Assembly: GCA_001938485.1 (NCBI GenBank)
Contig: MQRK01196336.1
Location: forward strand, 41,575 to 91,971
From: Girardia tigrina
Taxonomy: Eukaryota
Length of the DNA stretch: 50,397 nt
Direction of reading: 5' to 3'
Shown: in pieces, positions 11,340 to 23,436 of the stretch
How the letters are laid out: every line of letters begins with the position of its first letter
How positions within the stretch are numbered: the first letter of the stretch is position 1
The notes under the pieces: generated by a model
What the model was told of the DNA's origin: nothing
Seen by the model: only the letters and a program-made list of their open reading frames with translations
The model's database searches: none
Made by a program: the position numbers and the translations under genes

Positions 11340-12478
11340 CTGCTTATCGTAATGTTAATCAAAATATTTCTGTAGAACAGAAAACTCATTCTTAAAAACT
11401 GATATTAACAACTGTTAGTTTTTTGATACGTGCACTTGTCAAAGAAGCAATTCCCAACAACTTTCTTTTATGAGTTCAAGCTACGGAGGTGGCTCAAAAG
11501 TTAACGATATTTTTGGCACCAATAGTGTCGAAAAAAAACTGTGCAACATTAGTTCAAGAAATTTCGTTCCGGAGATTTCGGCCTTGAAAATGCTTCACGA
11601 GGCGGTTGACTTAACAAAACGAGAGTCTGGTCGAGGCAAACTCGTCATAGACAGTTTGAGGTATTGCGAAAAAAACTTAATGTTAGTAACCATGCAGTTG
11701 AAGATGCTTTGAATCGAATGGGGTAGTTGAAAAGCTTGACAAATGGGTCCATCACGATTTGAAAAAACGCCAAAACGTTTCACTTTAGAATTTCTTCTTC
11801 TCTAATTTTGCGAAACAAGAAAACCCGTTTTTGTATCATATTTATACGTTAAATGAAAAGTAGATAGTATACATCAACAGAAAGTGTTCTGGCCACTGGC
11901 TGGACAAAGATGAACCCACAAAACACTTTCCAAAGTCCAAAATCCACCAAAAAGGTTATGATTACAGTTTAATGGTCGGTGAAAAGTGTCATTGATTACA
12001 ATTTCTTGGAAACGGGTCAGAATATTACAGCAGAGTTTTACTGTCTAGATATTGATGAAAATTGAAAAATTACGTCAATATCAGTTGCTATTGGTCGATA
12101 GGAGGGACAAAATTCTATTACCTGACAAAGCCCGACTACCCGTTCCACGGATCACTATAGAAAAATTGAACGCATCAGAGATCGAAGTTCATCCACCATA
12201 CTCGCCAAACCTTTCGCAAATGGATTACTACTTTTTCCAGTATCTTGATAACTTTAGGATCTTTGCTAATCAGGAACAAGCAAAAGGAGTCTTCGCCGAC
12301 TTCATCGAATTTAGAGCATTAAATTCTTTTGCTGATGGAATCAATCATATTGTGAATTGGAAAAAATGTGCTGATTTTAATGGGGTCTATTTGGATTACA
12401 TTGAATAAATATTATAAAAGTTAGGATGTTTTGAAATTAACAACCGAAAATAATCGAAACATTTGTGTCAACAAAATA
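11340..12478 (+). mobile_element. Degraded mariner transposon
   Basis: Broken transposase with FYEFKL, KWVHHDL, PKSKIHQK, LPDKARLP, HPPYSPNLSQMDYYFF and WKKCADFNGVY; TIR-like end CGAAACATTTGTGTCAACAAAATA. Confidence 0.88.
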
Positions 12479-12764
12479 GTAAAATTTCGTTATTATACAA
12501 GGGAAACGGTAGCATACTTCAGTACTTTTTCTATTTACTATATTTTCAATGAAAAAACGTAAATTACTACATTATTAAAAACGTTGCAGTTCACTAAACA
12601 AAAAATATAATTAAAAATAATTAATTAACATTTTTCAATTATTTGTTGAAAGATTTTAGGTTTCTATTTTAAAAAATGAATCCTTTTAAATATTAATATC
12701 GAAAACATACTAATTTTCTGTTTCGTGAAATAATAATATTAATTATAATATTAAAAATAAAAAT

Positions 12765-12834
12765 AATAGTAATAATAAAAACAATAATAATAATAATTAT
12801 CATGATATAAATTAATAAATAAATAAATAAATAA

Positions 12835-12876
<42 letters not shown>

Positions 12877-12962
12877 TAGATCAACAATTAACACGGAAGA
12901 GCTGTTTTTTGTATTAAATGATAATGACTTGACTTGTTTCTTTCATATTTATATTTATACTG

Positions 12963-13010
<48 letters not shown>
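12765..13010. repeat. (AAT)n, (AAAT)n and (TA)n microsatellite cluster
   Basis: Direct reading of the sequence. Confidence 0.9.
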
Positions 13011-13016
<6 letters not shown>

Positions 13017-15660
13017 TTCACTTACTTATATATATTCTTGTCCTTAACCAATGTTGGTCAGTTTAGACTTGGAGGACCACACTTTGGCTATTACTTCCTG
13101 TCGTGTAACCGTAAAAAATCAAGAGATAATAAATATAAATAAATTATTTAAATTAAATGTAACAGGGTTTCCCACTTAAGAATACACATAAAAAAGATAA
13201 AAATTTAAGATAATTGTAAATTAAACATACATAAAAGACAATTATTTTTATAATTTTAAACCTTTTTAAATCCATTACTGCGAAATATAGTAAATATTAA
13301 ATGCAAGGTTTCGGGGGACTGACGGCATCTAATAATGAAAATGGAAAAATTCCGGCACTTATTTGTGCTGAAATGGACATTAATAGAACAACGGTTGCCT
13401 CAATTATAACTTTATATAAGTATACTGGACAAATTAGAACGCCGAAAGAAAACAATTCAACATGAGCAATTAATCAGGCAAGAAATCGATAATTATGTAT
13501 CAATTACATGACAAAAAATTGTAACAAAAGTTATCTGATATCAGTGTCAATGTATAGATGTCATCGATTGACCGATGTTTACAAAATTTAAGTTACACAT
13601 TAAATTCTTCGCAATAATGAGAACAATATTGAAAATAGATTCAAATATTGCACCAAAATTTTGACATTGGATGATGAAAAAATTATTGTTTTTGGATGAG
13701 TTTGGTGTTAGTTAAGCCACACGAAAAAAATGTGATTTTTGGAGCAAATGTTTTTAATTTAAAGAATACTACAATTAATCACTCAAATTACAGCTTAACT
13801 CCCTCAGAAATTGATATTTTGAAATTTGGTTCAGACAATGAAATTAAATCAAAATTAGATCAATGGAAAATGAAATCAAAAATGGAGAGTTTTTATAACC
13901 AAATTAATATTAGTCAGGACGAAAAAATAACGACTAAGTTAAAAAATGATCTACATAGAATTAAGGAAAATTATTTACTTAAAAATAAAAAAATGACATT
14001 TAGTGATGAAAAGGTCTTAAAAAATTTAATTAAGAAAAGAGACGATATTTGTATCTCAAAGTTTGATAAAGGCAAAGGGGTATATATTCAAAATAAATCT
14101 GAATATATAGACAAAATGATGCAAATAATTACACCTGATAAATTTTCTGAGATTAAATTGAGACAAAATAATAGATGAACAAAGACTGAATAAATTGATC
14201 AATCAATTAGTAAAAAGTTAAGAATTAAATGAATCCCTTCGTAACGGTTTAATAAGTCAGGGTGCTCAACTGGCTAAATTATACGGATTACCCAAAATTC
14301 ATAAAGATGGTATTCCTATGCGCCCGGTCCTCTCGATGATTAACACAGCGCAATATAAGGTTGCTAAAGTTCTGGAAAGATTATTGAGGCCATTAATTAT
14401 AAACCCGTTGGAATGTAAAAACAGTTTTGATTTTGTTAATCAGATCTTGAATTACAAAGCTAGTTCCAATGAGGAAGTAATGGTGTCTTTTGATGTAGTC
14501 AGTTTATTTACTAATGTTCCTTTAGTTGAAACAATAGACTTGTGTGTCCAATTATGTGAGCAAGTAACTGATAAAACAGTGTCTTCTATGAGTGGTAAAG
14601 CACTGAAGTCACTCTTAGAATTCAGTACAAAGGATGTACCATTTATTTTCAATAATCAATGGTACATGCAAACTGATGGAGTAGCAATGGGGTCTCTCCT
14701 AGCACCATTAATGGCGTCAATTTTCTTACAGAGCTTAGAGAAAAAAATCACAAACTTTACTGGTAGATTTCCCTTACTCTACACGAGATATGTAGACAAT
14801 ATATTTCTCATTTTCCAAAATAAGGGTGATATTGAGGAGTTTTTAAAATTTATGAATTGGTTACATCCAAACATGAAATACACTTGTGAAATTGAAAAAT
14901 CTAACAGTATTTCATTTCTGGACGTCCTCATAAAAAGAATATCGATAAACTACAGTACACAGGTGTTTTGAAAATCAACTGATACTGGATTATACAGTGG
15001 TACCAAAAACTTTTGTGACCCTAAGTATAACAGAATTATGGTAAATGGACTAGTGCATAGAGTATGGAATTTATCTTCCTCATATGGGAATGTTGACGAT
15101 GGTTTAAACGACCTTCAAAATAGATTAGAAAAGAATGGCTACAATAAAAATTTTGTAAATAAGCTAATTAAAGATACCATTGACTCCATATTTAGGAAAT
15201 CAAATAATAAAAGTCATAACATAATCGAAGTTCCAAATAACACTGAGAATTTGTTAAATATCATCTTAAAGATACCATTTTCTGAGGGAGCAAAAGATTT
15301 AAAAAATTCATTAATGAAAAGAACTCCTTCAATTTTTAAATTGAGGGTAATTTTTACCACAAATAAAGTTTCTGGTTTCTTTTCTAATAAATCAAAAACT
15401 CCATTGAGGGTGTAGGCAAATATAGTATATCAGTTTAAATGTCACAAGTGCGAAGCCTTGTACATTGGAGAGTCAAACCGTCATCTTCGAACTAGAATTG
15501 CTGAACATACTCAATCGAGTCGAAACAGTTTCATTCTTAATCATATATTGACTTGAAGGGATCGAGAAAATATAGGGAGTGATAAGGAATTTAGTGTTTT
15601 TTTATGTAAAAATTTTGACAATTATAAGGAGAGGATAATCACTGAAGCATTGTTAATTAA

Positions 15661-15898
15661 CACATTGTGATCGGGCAGTTTTCGGCCGCGTACTAGTGCT
15701 GGTAACGGGTGAAAGGTTTTTACCTGCATGGCTACAACTTTACTGACGCTATATAGCGAAAACTCAAGTATATTGGAACCCGTATTTTAACGTAACCCGC
15801 GCTCCACTAACAATCTATCAAAAACGTATAAATACGTGATCCGCTCTCTAGCATTAATTTGCTAAAAACGTATTAATACGTGATCCGATTACAATGTG
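15661..15898. mobile_element. 238-bp MITE with CACATTG termini and TTAA TSD (piggyBac-like; Chapaev-like alternative)
   Basis: TIR CACATTGTGATCGG / CCGATTACAATGTG (13 of 14 match) with TTAA at 15657-60 and 15899-902; two subterminal copies of AAAAACGTATWAATACGTGATCCG; removal restores the PLE reading frame. Confidence 0.9.
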
Positions 15899-16203
15899 TT
15901 AAGCATTAAAAACCATGCTTAAATGTTCAAAATGATTCTTCAAATTATATTAAAATATTTTAATTCTTAGTTTTCTTTGTCTTCTGTTTCTTCTAATTTG
16001 AAAATAGAAAAAAAAGGATTTAGTTTTCTTCGTTTTGTCTCTTTTTTTGAATAAAAAATTAAAATTTTGAATATTGATTTTTAAGAAGTTTTTTCTTGTT
16101 AATTTTTTTTAAATTAAAGTCAATAAAAAAAGCTTTAAATTGAGTAATATTGCGTAACAGTCTACCGCTATAAAAAGGGACTTAAATCTGAAATTTCAAT
16201 TAG

Positions 16204-16240
16204 TCAACTGAAGATGCCAATATGGCGAAACTAGTATTGA
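16204..16240 (+). ncRNA. Minimal type-I hammerhead ribozyme (PLE-associated)
   Basis: UCAA-CUGAAGA-U-GCCA-AUA-UGGC-GAAA-CUAG-UA-UUGA: stem I UCAA/UUGA, stem II GCCA/UGGC, palindromic stem III ACUAGU, GUA cleavage triplet. Confidence 0.88.
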
Positions 16241-17234
16241 AAAATAAAATTTTTGGAAAAATGGCTATTTTTTGTTTTATATATATATATATATATATAG
16301 TAGTGATTGGGTCACTACATATCTATTAAGGTTCAGGGCCAGGAGAGTCCCCATTAATGTACTATATACAAGAGAGATCATATAAAACAACATTCTGAAA
16401 TGTTCCTCCCCGATCCATTTTTTGACATTCTAAAGCGAAGATAGAACCACATTATTCTTCGTTCCAAAAAGTTGAAAGCTTTCACTAGCAGAATTTAATT
16501 AAGCAAATTGAACTCAGCATCGGTTTGATCTGATTTCTCTCACAATAGCAAAATGAAATCGTTAATTAAATGCGGCAAAAGATAAAAGAATTACATTAAA
16601 ACATTGTTCTGAAAAGACTCGAAAACGTCTCGCAAAATCGATGTACCTAGAAATATGTAATTAATTTGTTTTAATTAGCGCTAAATGTACAGTAAATTTG
16701 GATCTTAAAGCAAAGGTGGAGTGTCATTGACTGTCATTCCGCGTAATCATTTCCTTTTTGTAAAATGATACGATTCCCTTCATATATTTCAATTAGATTT
16801 CGAATTGTAAATATAATTATAATAGAAATTATATTTTATGTTAAAATATTTATATAAATAATTATAAATAAAATGTATTATATATTGAAAATAACATCAT
16901 AATTCCATAACGTGTGATTTATTTATTATTTTAGAAAATTAATTAATTTAGCAAACCTTAATATAATTTTACTTAAAAAAATAATTATTATTAAAAAATA
17001 TTTTATTCTTTAAATTTTATTGTTTAACATTTTAGACATAACATTTAATTTTGTAAAAAGACTTTGGGTGTATGAAGGTTTAAATAATAACTTTGACATT
17101 CAGATTTAACGAAATATTACATAATTTATATGATATAAGAATAGGTAAAATAAGGATAAAAAATAATGATAAAAAATAAGGATAATAGATTCGAAAAAAG
17201 AATACTAAAGTTAAGAAAAAATATTTTAAAAGAA

Positions 17235-17560
17235 ATATTATCAGCTTCTATACACTGTCGAATCCGACTGCAGGCAGTAATGAGATGGTTCTTTGGAATG
17301 TTTACCATTTTATCCACTATAGCAGAGAGCTAAATTTGAGTTAGTGTTGTGGGGATGACTATTGAAGTCCCTCTAAATTACGCCCCATACATAAAAATCC
17401 AGTGGATAGACATCTGGTGAGTTGGGAGACCAAACGTTAGATGTGACATGGTCGTGAAAATTCTCAGGCATTCATTCTTTGGTTGTTCTGACTGTATGAG
17501 ATAGAGTTGAGCCTTATTGAAAAACATACAGCCTCCCATGTATAGCTGTCGCACACGTTG
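17235..17560 (-). mobile_element. Tc1/mariner (maT/DD37D-like) transposase C-terminal fragment
   Basis: Manual minus-strand translation FQ*GSTLSHTVRTTKE*...NVWSPNSPDVYPLDFYVWGVI...TACSRIRQCIEA. Confidence 0.75.
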
Positions 17561-18548
17561 CTGTCTTATTTATAACTTAGTTAGTTCTTTATCGATATGT
17601 TATTGGAATTTTAATTTAATAACCTTTTTGATAATATTAATATAATTGTACGTATTTTCTGTCCATATTATCCGCAAATAATGCTTTAGAATAGATTAAA
17701 TCCTAATATTACTTTATCTTTAAACTTATTTATTATATATTGAAATGTCAAACTGACGGGAAATTGGCAGTATTACTCTTTATAGACCCCATACTTCCCT
17801 ACTCATTATATTACTGCTCCTTCCACATTCTGATGAAATTTACTATTTATGAGGAGATAATTAATTTTTGGTTCGCTGATCAAAATTTAAATAGTTTTAA
17901 AAAAGATTATTTTAAATTAAAATCAAATTGAAAATTTTAAAAATTAATTAAATTTAAAAAAAAACATTCTTAATTAAAAAACATTCATTAAAAAACATTA
18001 ATTAAAACACATTCTTCATTAAAAAATTTTATTAATATTTGTAAAAATATATTTTCTAATTTTGAATTAATTTAATATTATTATTAAAAGATTAAATATT
18101 TAAAAAATAAAAGGTTTACTATTAAATATAACGTATTTTCAAAATTTCTAAAATAATAAAATATTAAAAATGGTTTTTTAAAAAGTCAACACTAAATTAA
18201 AAAAAAACAGCATATAAGATTTCAGTTGAAATGCAAAATTTTAAAAACAGGATAAAAAGATTAAAATAAAAAAAACATATTTAAACATTAAATATTCTTT
18301 TAAAAAAATTTAATATATGTAAAATCATTTTGATAAATATTTTTGTTTAAAAATTTTAAAAAAAGTTAAATGTGGTTTTGACATAAATAAAAATATAAAT
18401 ATATGAAAAATTATTTGAAAATAGAGATCAGCGGATTAATTACTAATTAGAAAAATAGTTGGAAAATTTGTTTGAAAGTTGTTTTATAATAAAGATATAA
18501 TTTGAGTTAAAAATGAATTCTGATATTGACGTCACATATACTTCTCAG

Positions 18549-19640
18549 ATGGCGACTAACGATGCAATGGATATCTTCACGGGTCAACTGTTACCTGAAA
18601 AGTACAGAAAAGACGATAATGTGGAGAGATTTATTGAAGAATGTGAAACATTCTTTAATTTTGCAGGAATAGCGAAGACCAAACAAGAGACAATAGTCAT
18701 TTGTTTGTTAGAGAGAGAACTGAAAGATCGATACAAAGCGGTAGATAAGATAATTGTAAGTTATAAAGACCGATTGAGAAAAGCATTCTCTCGAACTTTC
18801 TCACTATTTGAAGATCTGACTGAGGTATGCCAGTACAGGATGAAGGAAGATATACCGGAAGTATTTTTGAGAAAGTAGAAAAGCTCGCGGCCAAGATCTT
18901 GAAACATGACTTGTCAAAAGAGGCCCCTCGGAAGCATTATTGTTACATTTTTATGACGATGTGAACATAAAAAAGGAAGTGAGACTTAACAAAATGAAAT
19001 GAATTGATGAGATAAAAGAAAAAGGCAGTACATGACGTGAAAAGTGTGACAGAGGACGTGAATGTTGTAAGAGACCAGGGGATGCTAAACAGATCCCTGA
19101 GTTACAGAGAAGCAGTAACAGGGGATGGTAGAAATATTACAGAATACGCTCAAGGTATGAAAGCGGTCAAATGTAGAAATTGTGAAAAAGTAGGTCACAT
19201 AAGTGAAACATGTAGACAAAGAAAACCAAACAAGTGTTTCGGATGTGGAAAAGAAGGACACATGATAAGAAATTGTTCGGAAAGGAGACCAATAAAATGT
19301 CATGGTTGTGGACAACAGGGACACGTAAGAAGAAACTGTCTAAACATCGAATGCAAAAGATGTCAAGATAAAGGTCACAGTGAAAGTGAATGTTATACAA
19401 ACCTAAATTGCAGAAGAAGATAGCAAAATAAAGGTGACAATAACATCAAGGAACGGGATACAATCAACAAAGATATAGAGATAGAGAAGACAGAAGACTA
19501 GGAGATAATCGGAGATTCGTGAATAACATTCAAGAAAAATATGAAGAATCGGTGACAGGAAGTGAAAACCCAAAAGGCAACACCTCGAAAGCAGTGGAGC
19601 CAGTCGGGGCAATAAATTAAAAGATACCAGTGAATCCCAA
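18549..19640 (+). mobile_element. Degraded Ty3/Gypsy-like gag with four CCHC zinc knuckles
   Basis: ORFs 18513-18878 (..PEKYRKDDNVERFIEECETFF..) and 19037-19423 with four CX2CX4HX4C motifs; frameshifts and stops lie between them. Confidence 0.82.
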
Positions 19641-19994
19641 AGTATTGGTATTTATAGTAGAAGTATATATCAAATATATCAAATATTATAGACGTAGTGA
19701 TAGACGATGAAAGGAATGTTGAGATAAGCGAAGCAAAAGTAAATGATAAAGTACGGAAATTTATAAAGTAAGAAACTTATAAAATTATAGAGCTTATGAA
19801 CTTTCGAGATGGTATTTAAAAAATATTAAAATTTGTAAATAGACAAAACTTATTTCATTTTTACTTTTATTTTAATATTATATTTATTTATTCGTCATTT
19901 TAAACATTATTAATTGCTAATTTGACTGCTTCATTTTATTATGAATAGCTTATCTTAAAACAATAAATATTATTGTCAATAGTTGTACGTAATT

Positions 19995-20223
19995 ACAATA
20001 ATTGTAATAATTAATTGAAAGAAAAGACGTAAACAATATGATAACATGATGACAATAATTGATAATAATAAAAAGACATAAATAGTTAACAGATTAATAG
20101 AGAAAGAATTTTTTCTGCCTCCTTCAACAAGAGTCAGATAACCTTTTCTTCTGGACTCATTCGGGGTTGATGAGAAGCTCGTAAAATTTTACTATTATCC
20201 CCAACGTTTAATGAATTTTTATT
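19995..20223. repeat. Unclassified interspersed repeat, copy 1
   Basis: 20081-20223 matches 36260-36402 with one mismatch; the upstream AT-rich part is more diverged. Confidence 0.9.
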
Positions 20224-21599
20224 ACTAATTAAATTTATTATTAATAAGAAATATAAACATTTTATTGTCAAAGAAACGAAAATGATATAAATGAACTAGA
20301 GAATTTAAAATATATTAATTATTATTAATTTATAAAATACCGAAGTTACAAATTATCTTTATCTTTTAATTTTTTTATTATATTATTTTATTTGTTTTAA
20401 AATGTAATTAAGTTCTGATCTTACACCTTCGAATTTTCTTTGATGGATTTAATCTGAAATGTGTGATATCGAAAACACGTATCTAAAAATAAGGACAGGA
20501 GGCGAGAACTGTGGTTGGAAATATGACTTTTAGCGGTGGCACGCCACTGTTATCTCGGTCTTTATAGAGGTGACTACTACATTTGTCGATTCTGGTTGAT
20601 GGCGCTCAACAAGCCGCTGATACGACCGAAACGACGATTGATTTATCAGATAGAGTTTGAAATGGATAATTTGGGTGAGCAATATCCGACATTTATTGAA
20701 TTTCTACATTTTTATTTAAATTCAAATTATACATCAAACCAAATTGTAATTATCAAACTAAATATTTTTTTTCAGTGGAATGTTGGAAACTGTTTATTAT
20801 AAATAAATAATATGGGATATTTATATATAAATATATTTATAAATACTGATATAATATTTGGTCAAAACAATGATCATTATATTATTATAACCAAAAATCA
20901 TGATAAACTTATATTTATGTTACTTTATTCCTTGCAAATTTTTAGTTTTCATAAAAATGGAAAATTTACAAATCCTGGATGACAATGAAATGTTTAAAAA
21001 GGTTAATCAAATACGCGGAGAAACAAAACATTAGACTATTTTTTGTCCGTAAAAGTACTATTATTAAATATATTATATGTAAACATAATCTACCAGAATA
21101 AACAACCGTAAAACCAAATGAATAAAAATGCAAGAATACAGAAAATGAATATCAATTAAACTGATTACTTATTATTTATATATTTAAACTTAATAATAAA
21201 TGAAAATTAATTTTAAAAATAAAAATCGATAAAATAGTGGGATAATAATCGAAATCTCCAGACAATAAAGAGTACAAGAAAATCCAAAATTGAATTCGAT
21301 TAATTCATAATTAACGCCCCAAATAATTCGAATTAGAAGTTCTTGACCAAGGTACATTGTGTTACAAAATTAAAGGAGGCAGTTAATCAAAAAGAGGCCG
21401 TACAAGACAGATTTTGCATCGGAAAATTTAAAAATTCTTCGATTCATTTTGAAAAATTAGAGAGATACACCCCTTTTCATTTTAATAGGGCATTTTGTCC
21501 ATTGTAGAGGGCCTATATATATATATTATAATATATATTAATGTATATTTAAATTCTAATTGACCATCACAAAGAAATTCTCAACAATTATTTCATTAT

Positions 21600-21790
21600 T
21601 AATTATTGATTTCTTGTATCCTCCCCGCTTTCCGGTTGAAATCATCCCATATTTGCGGTACTTGTAAATTATTGTTTTCGCTGTACCATCTGAAATATCT
21701 AGTTGTCTGGCTAAAGTCAGATAATCCTCTGACTTATTGAAAGCTCTAATAAGCCTTTGCTTGTCAATTTCTGCAATTATGTAAGGAATA
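21600..21790 (-). mobile_element. Transposase N-terminal HTH remnant (IS630/Tc1-like)
   Basis: Minus translation DKQRLIRAFNKSEDYLTLARQLDISDGTAKTIIYKYRKYGMISTGKRGGYKKSII: HTH followed by an RGG linker. Confidence 0.55.
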
Positions 21791-23139
21791 AATAAATGAT
21801 GATGTAAATTTAATAAAATTTACGATTTTCGAGTTTTCTTCTCTTGACATGCCTCTGTTCTTTCACTATCTTCGGATAAACTGATAAAAAAATTATTATT
21901 AATTATTAACCTCATTTCAGTGTCTTCAGCACTGCTGATTTGGGAATAATGAAAATTATCCATTTTTTATTGAAAAAATATTTTTTTTATTAAATGATGG
22001 ATTTCTTATTAAATGCATGAAAATATAGTGTGTAAAAGGTGTGTATTGACTTATGTATACGTGTTTTGTATGTGTGTTGTGTGTGTGTTTAGGGTGAGAC
22101 GTTATTTTATATATTTAACATTCTTATAGTATGCATACAGTTTTTATTTAAGTATGGTTTTAGCTTTTTTATCATTTTAATTGTATATTTATTTTTAGAT
22201 CTAAATTTTTACAATGAAATTTTTTATCAAATGCCAATGACTGTATTTTTTTTTGCATTTTCATATGGCCCATTTCGTTTTAATAGGGCAATTTAAAATT
22301 ACAATTAACAAAAAATTTTCATTTTTTAAGAAATAATTTCCAAATTAAAATAAAAAATGGAAATTTATTAATCGTAAATCATCAGGTCCTCTAAGGAAAA
22401 CTAAAATAAAAATGAAATACAAGAAAAAAGCAAATTTGGTGTCCTTTCCAAATTCTAAAAATGACAAGAATTGAATAATTGAATGTGAAGACGGTTAATA
22501 AATCTTCATACAATATTCATCACACGATCGTCATTTATCATTTATATGCAGAATAAATAAAATTAGACAATTAAAGGAAAATATTCATTAAATCTTTATT
22601 TAATAATAACAAAGATATGTTTCTCTGAACAAAACATCAAATCGTATTATTTTAAAATACTTATTATTATGCACAGAATATACAAATAATTAAATCAAGA
22701 TTTAAAAATATTTAAAAGGGGACTTAACTTATTTATGAATTTGGATATTGGGTAAGAGAGGAAGCAATATTTCGCTTACCTCAGATTGATTTTAAAATGT
22801 ATATAAAGATATATTAGACAAATATATAATTATATAGGGACTTTAGTCCGTATCTTTAATGAGCGTTGATTTATTTCACTTTAATTTGACAATTAAATTT
22901 TCTGATGACCCGTAAACTTTATCTATTTTTAATCCGTTCACTGTCCATCGCTTCTATTATATTGATAAACTTCGTGTAGGTAATAATAGTAGGTAATAAT
23001 AATAATCGTAATAATCGCAGTTAATGCAATCGTAGACATAATGCAATCGCAGAAATCGTCAAAGATGCTCTACACATCAACCATAGCTTTCAGCATTCAA
23101 TGTATAGGATATCTTTACGTATTTCAACTTGAAATTTTG

Positions 23140-23436
23140 TCACAATTTTCTCCAATCTTTGCACACTTACTCATTCTCGATGACAATAAATGATAATGTG
23201 AAAATTTGATCGAAAAAACCTTTATAAGATCCCAAAGTTGGAAAAAAAACGGAAAATTCGAAGTTCCGAATAATATTAATTACAAGATATCTACTTATAA
23301 ATTATAAATAGTTTATATTAATTTTTAATGTGTTTTTTAATTAAAATTTTTTAAATTTAAAAACTTTGTTGGCAAAGTAGAGTTCTGTCTGCATAAAGAA
23401 TGGATAAAAATTTAATTTTTTGATTTACTAGTTTGC
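23140..23436. repeat. Second copy of the repeat at 9150-9865
   Basis: Shared blocks in the same order. Confidence 0.55.

Larger units (their letters stand above)
13020..16277 (+). mobile_element. Near full-length degraded Penelope-like retroelement
   Basis: Pieces with SKFDKGKG, LYGLPKIHK, SFDVVSLFTNVP, QTDGVAMGS, RYVDN (YVDD mutated), ISFLDV, then GIY-YIG (VYQFKCHKCEALYIGESNRHLRTRIAEH) and a 3' hammerhead. (TA)n on both flanks; the 5' boundary is approximate. Confidence 0.93.

Noticed and set aside
16605-16635. CTGAAAAGACTCGAAAACGTC hammerhead-like string
   Set aside because: Core G8 is missing and there is no valid stem II or stem I.
17741-18557. Possible 5' LTR ending GACGTCACA with TGGCGAC primer-binding site before gag
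   Set aside because: No second copy or TSD, and the TGG is about 14 nt from the putative LTR end and overlaps the gag ATG.
21905-21932. Minus-strand CTGAAGACACTGAAA
   Set aside because: Spacer too short for stem II; lies in a probable transposase remnant.
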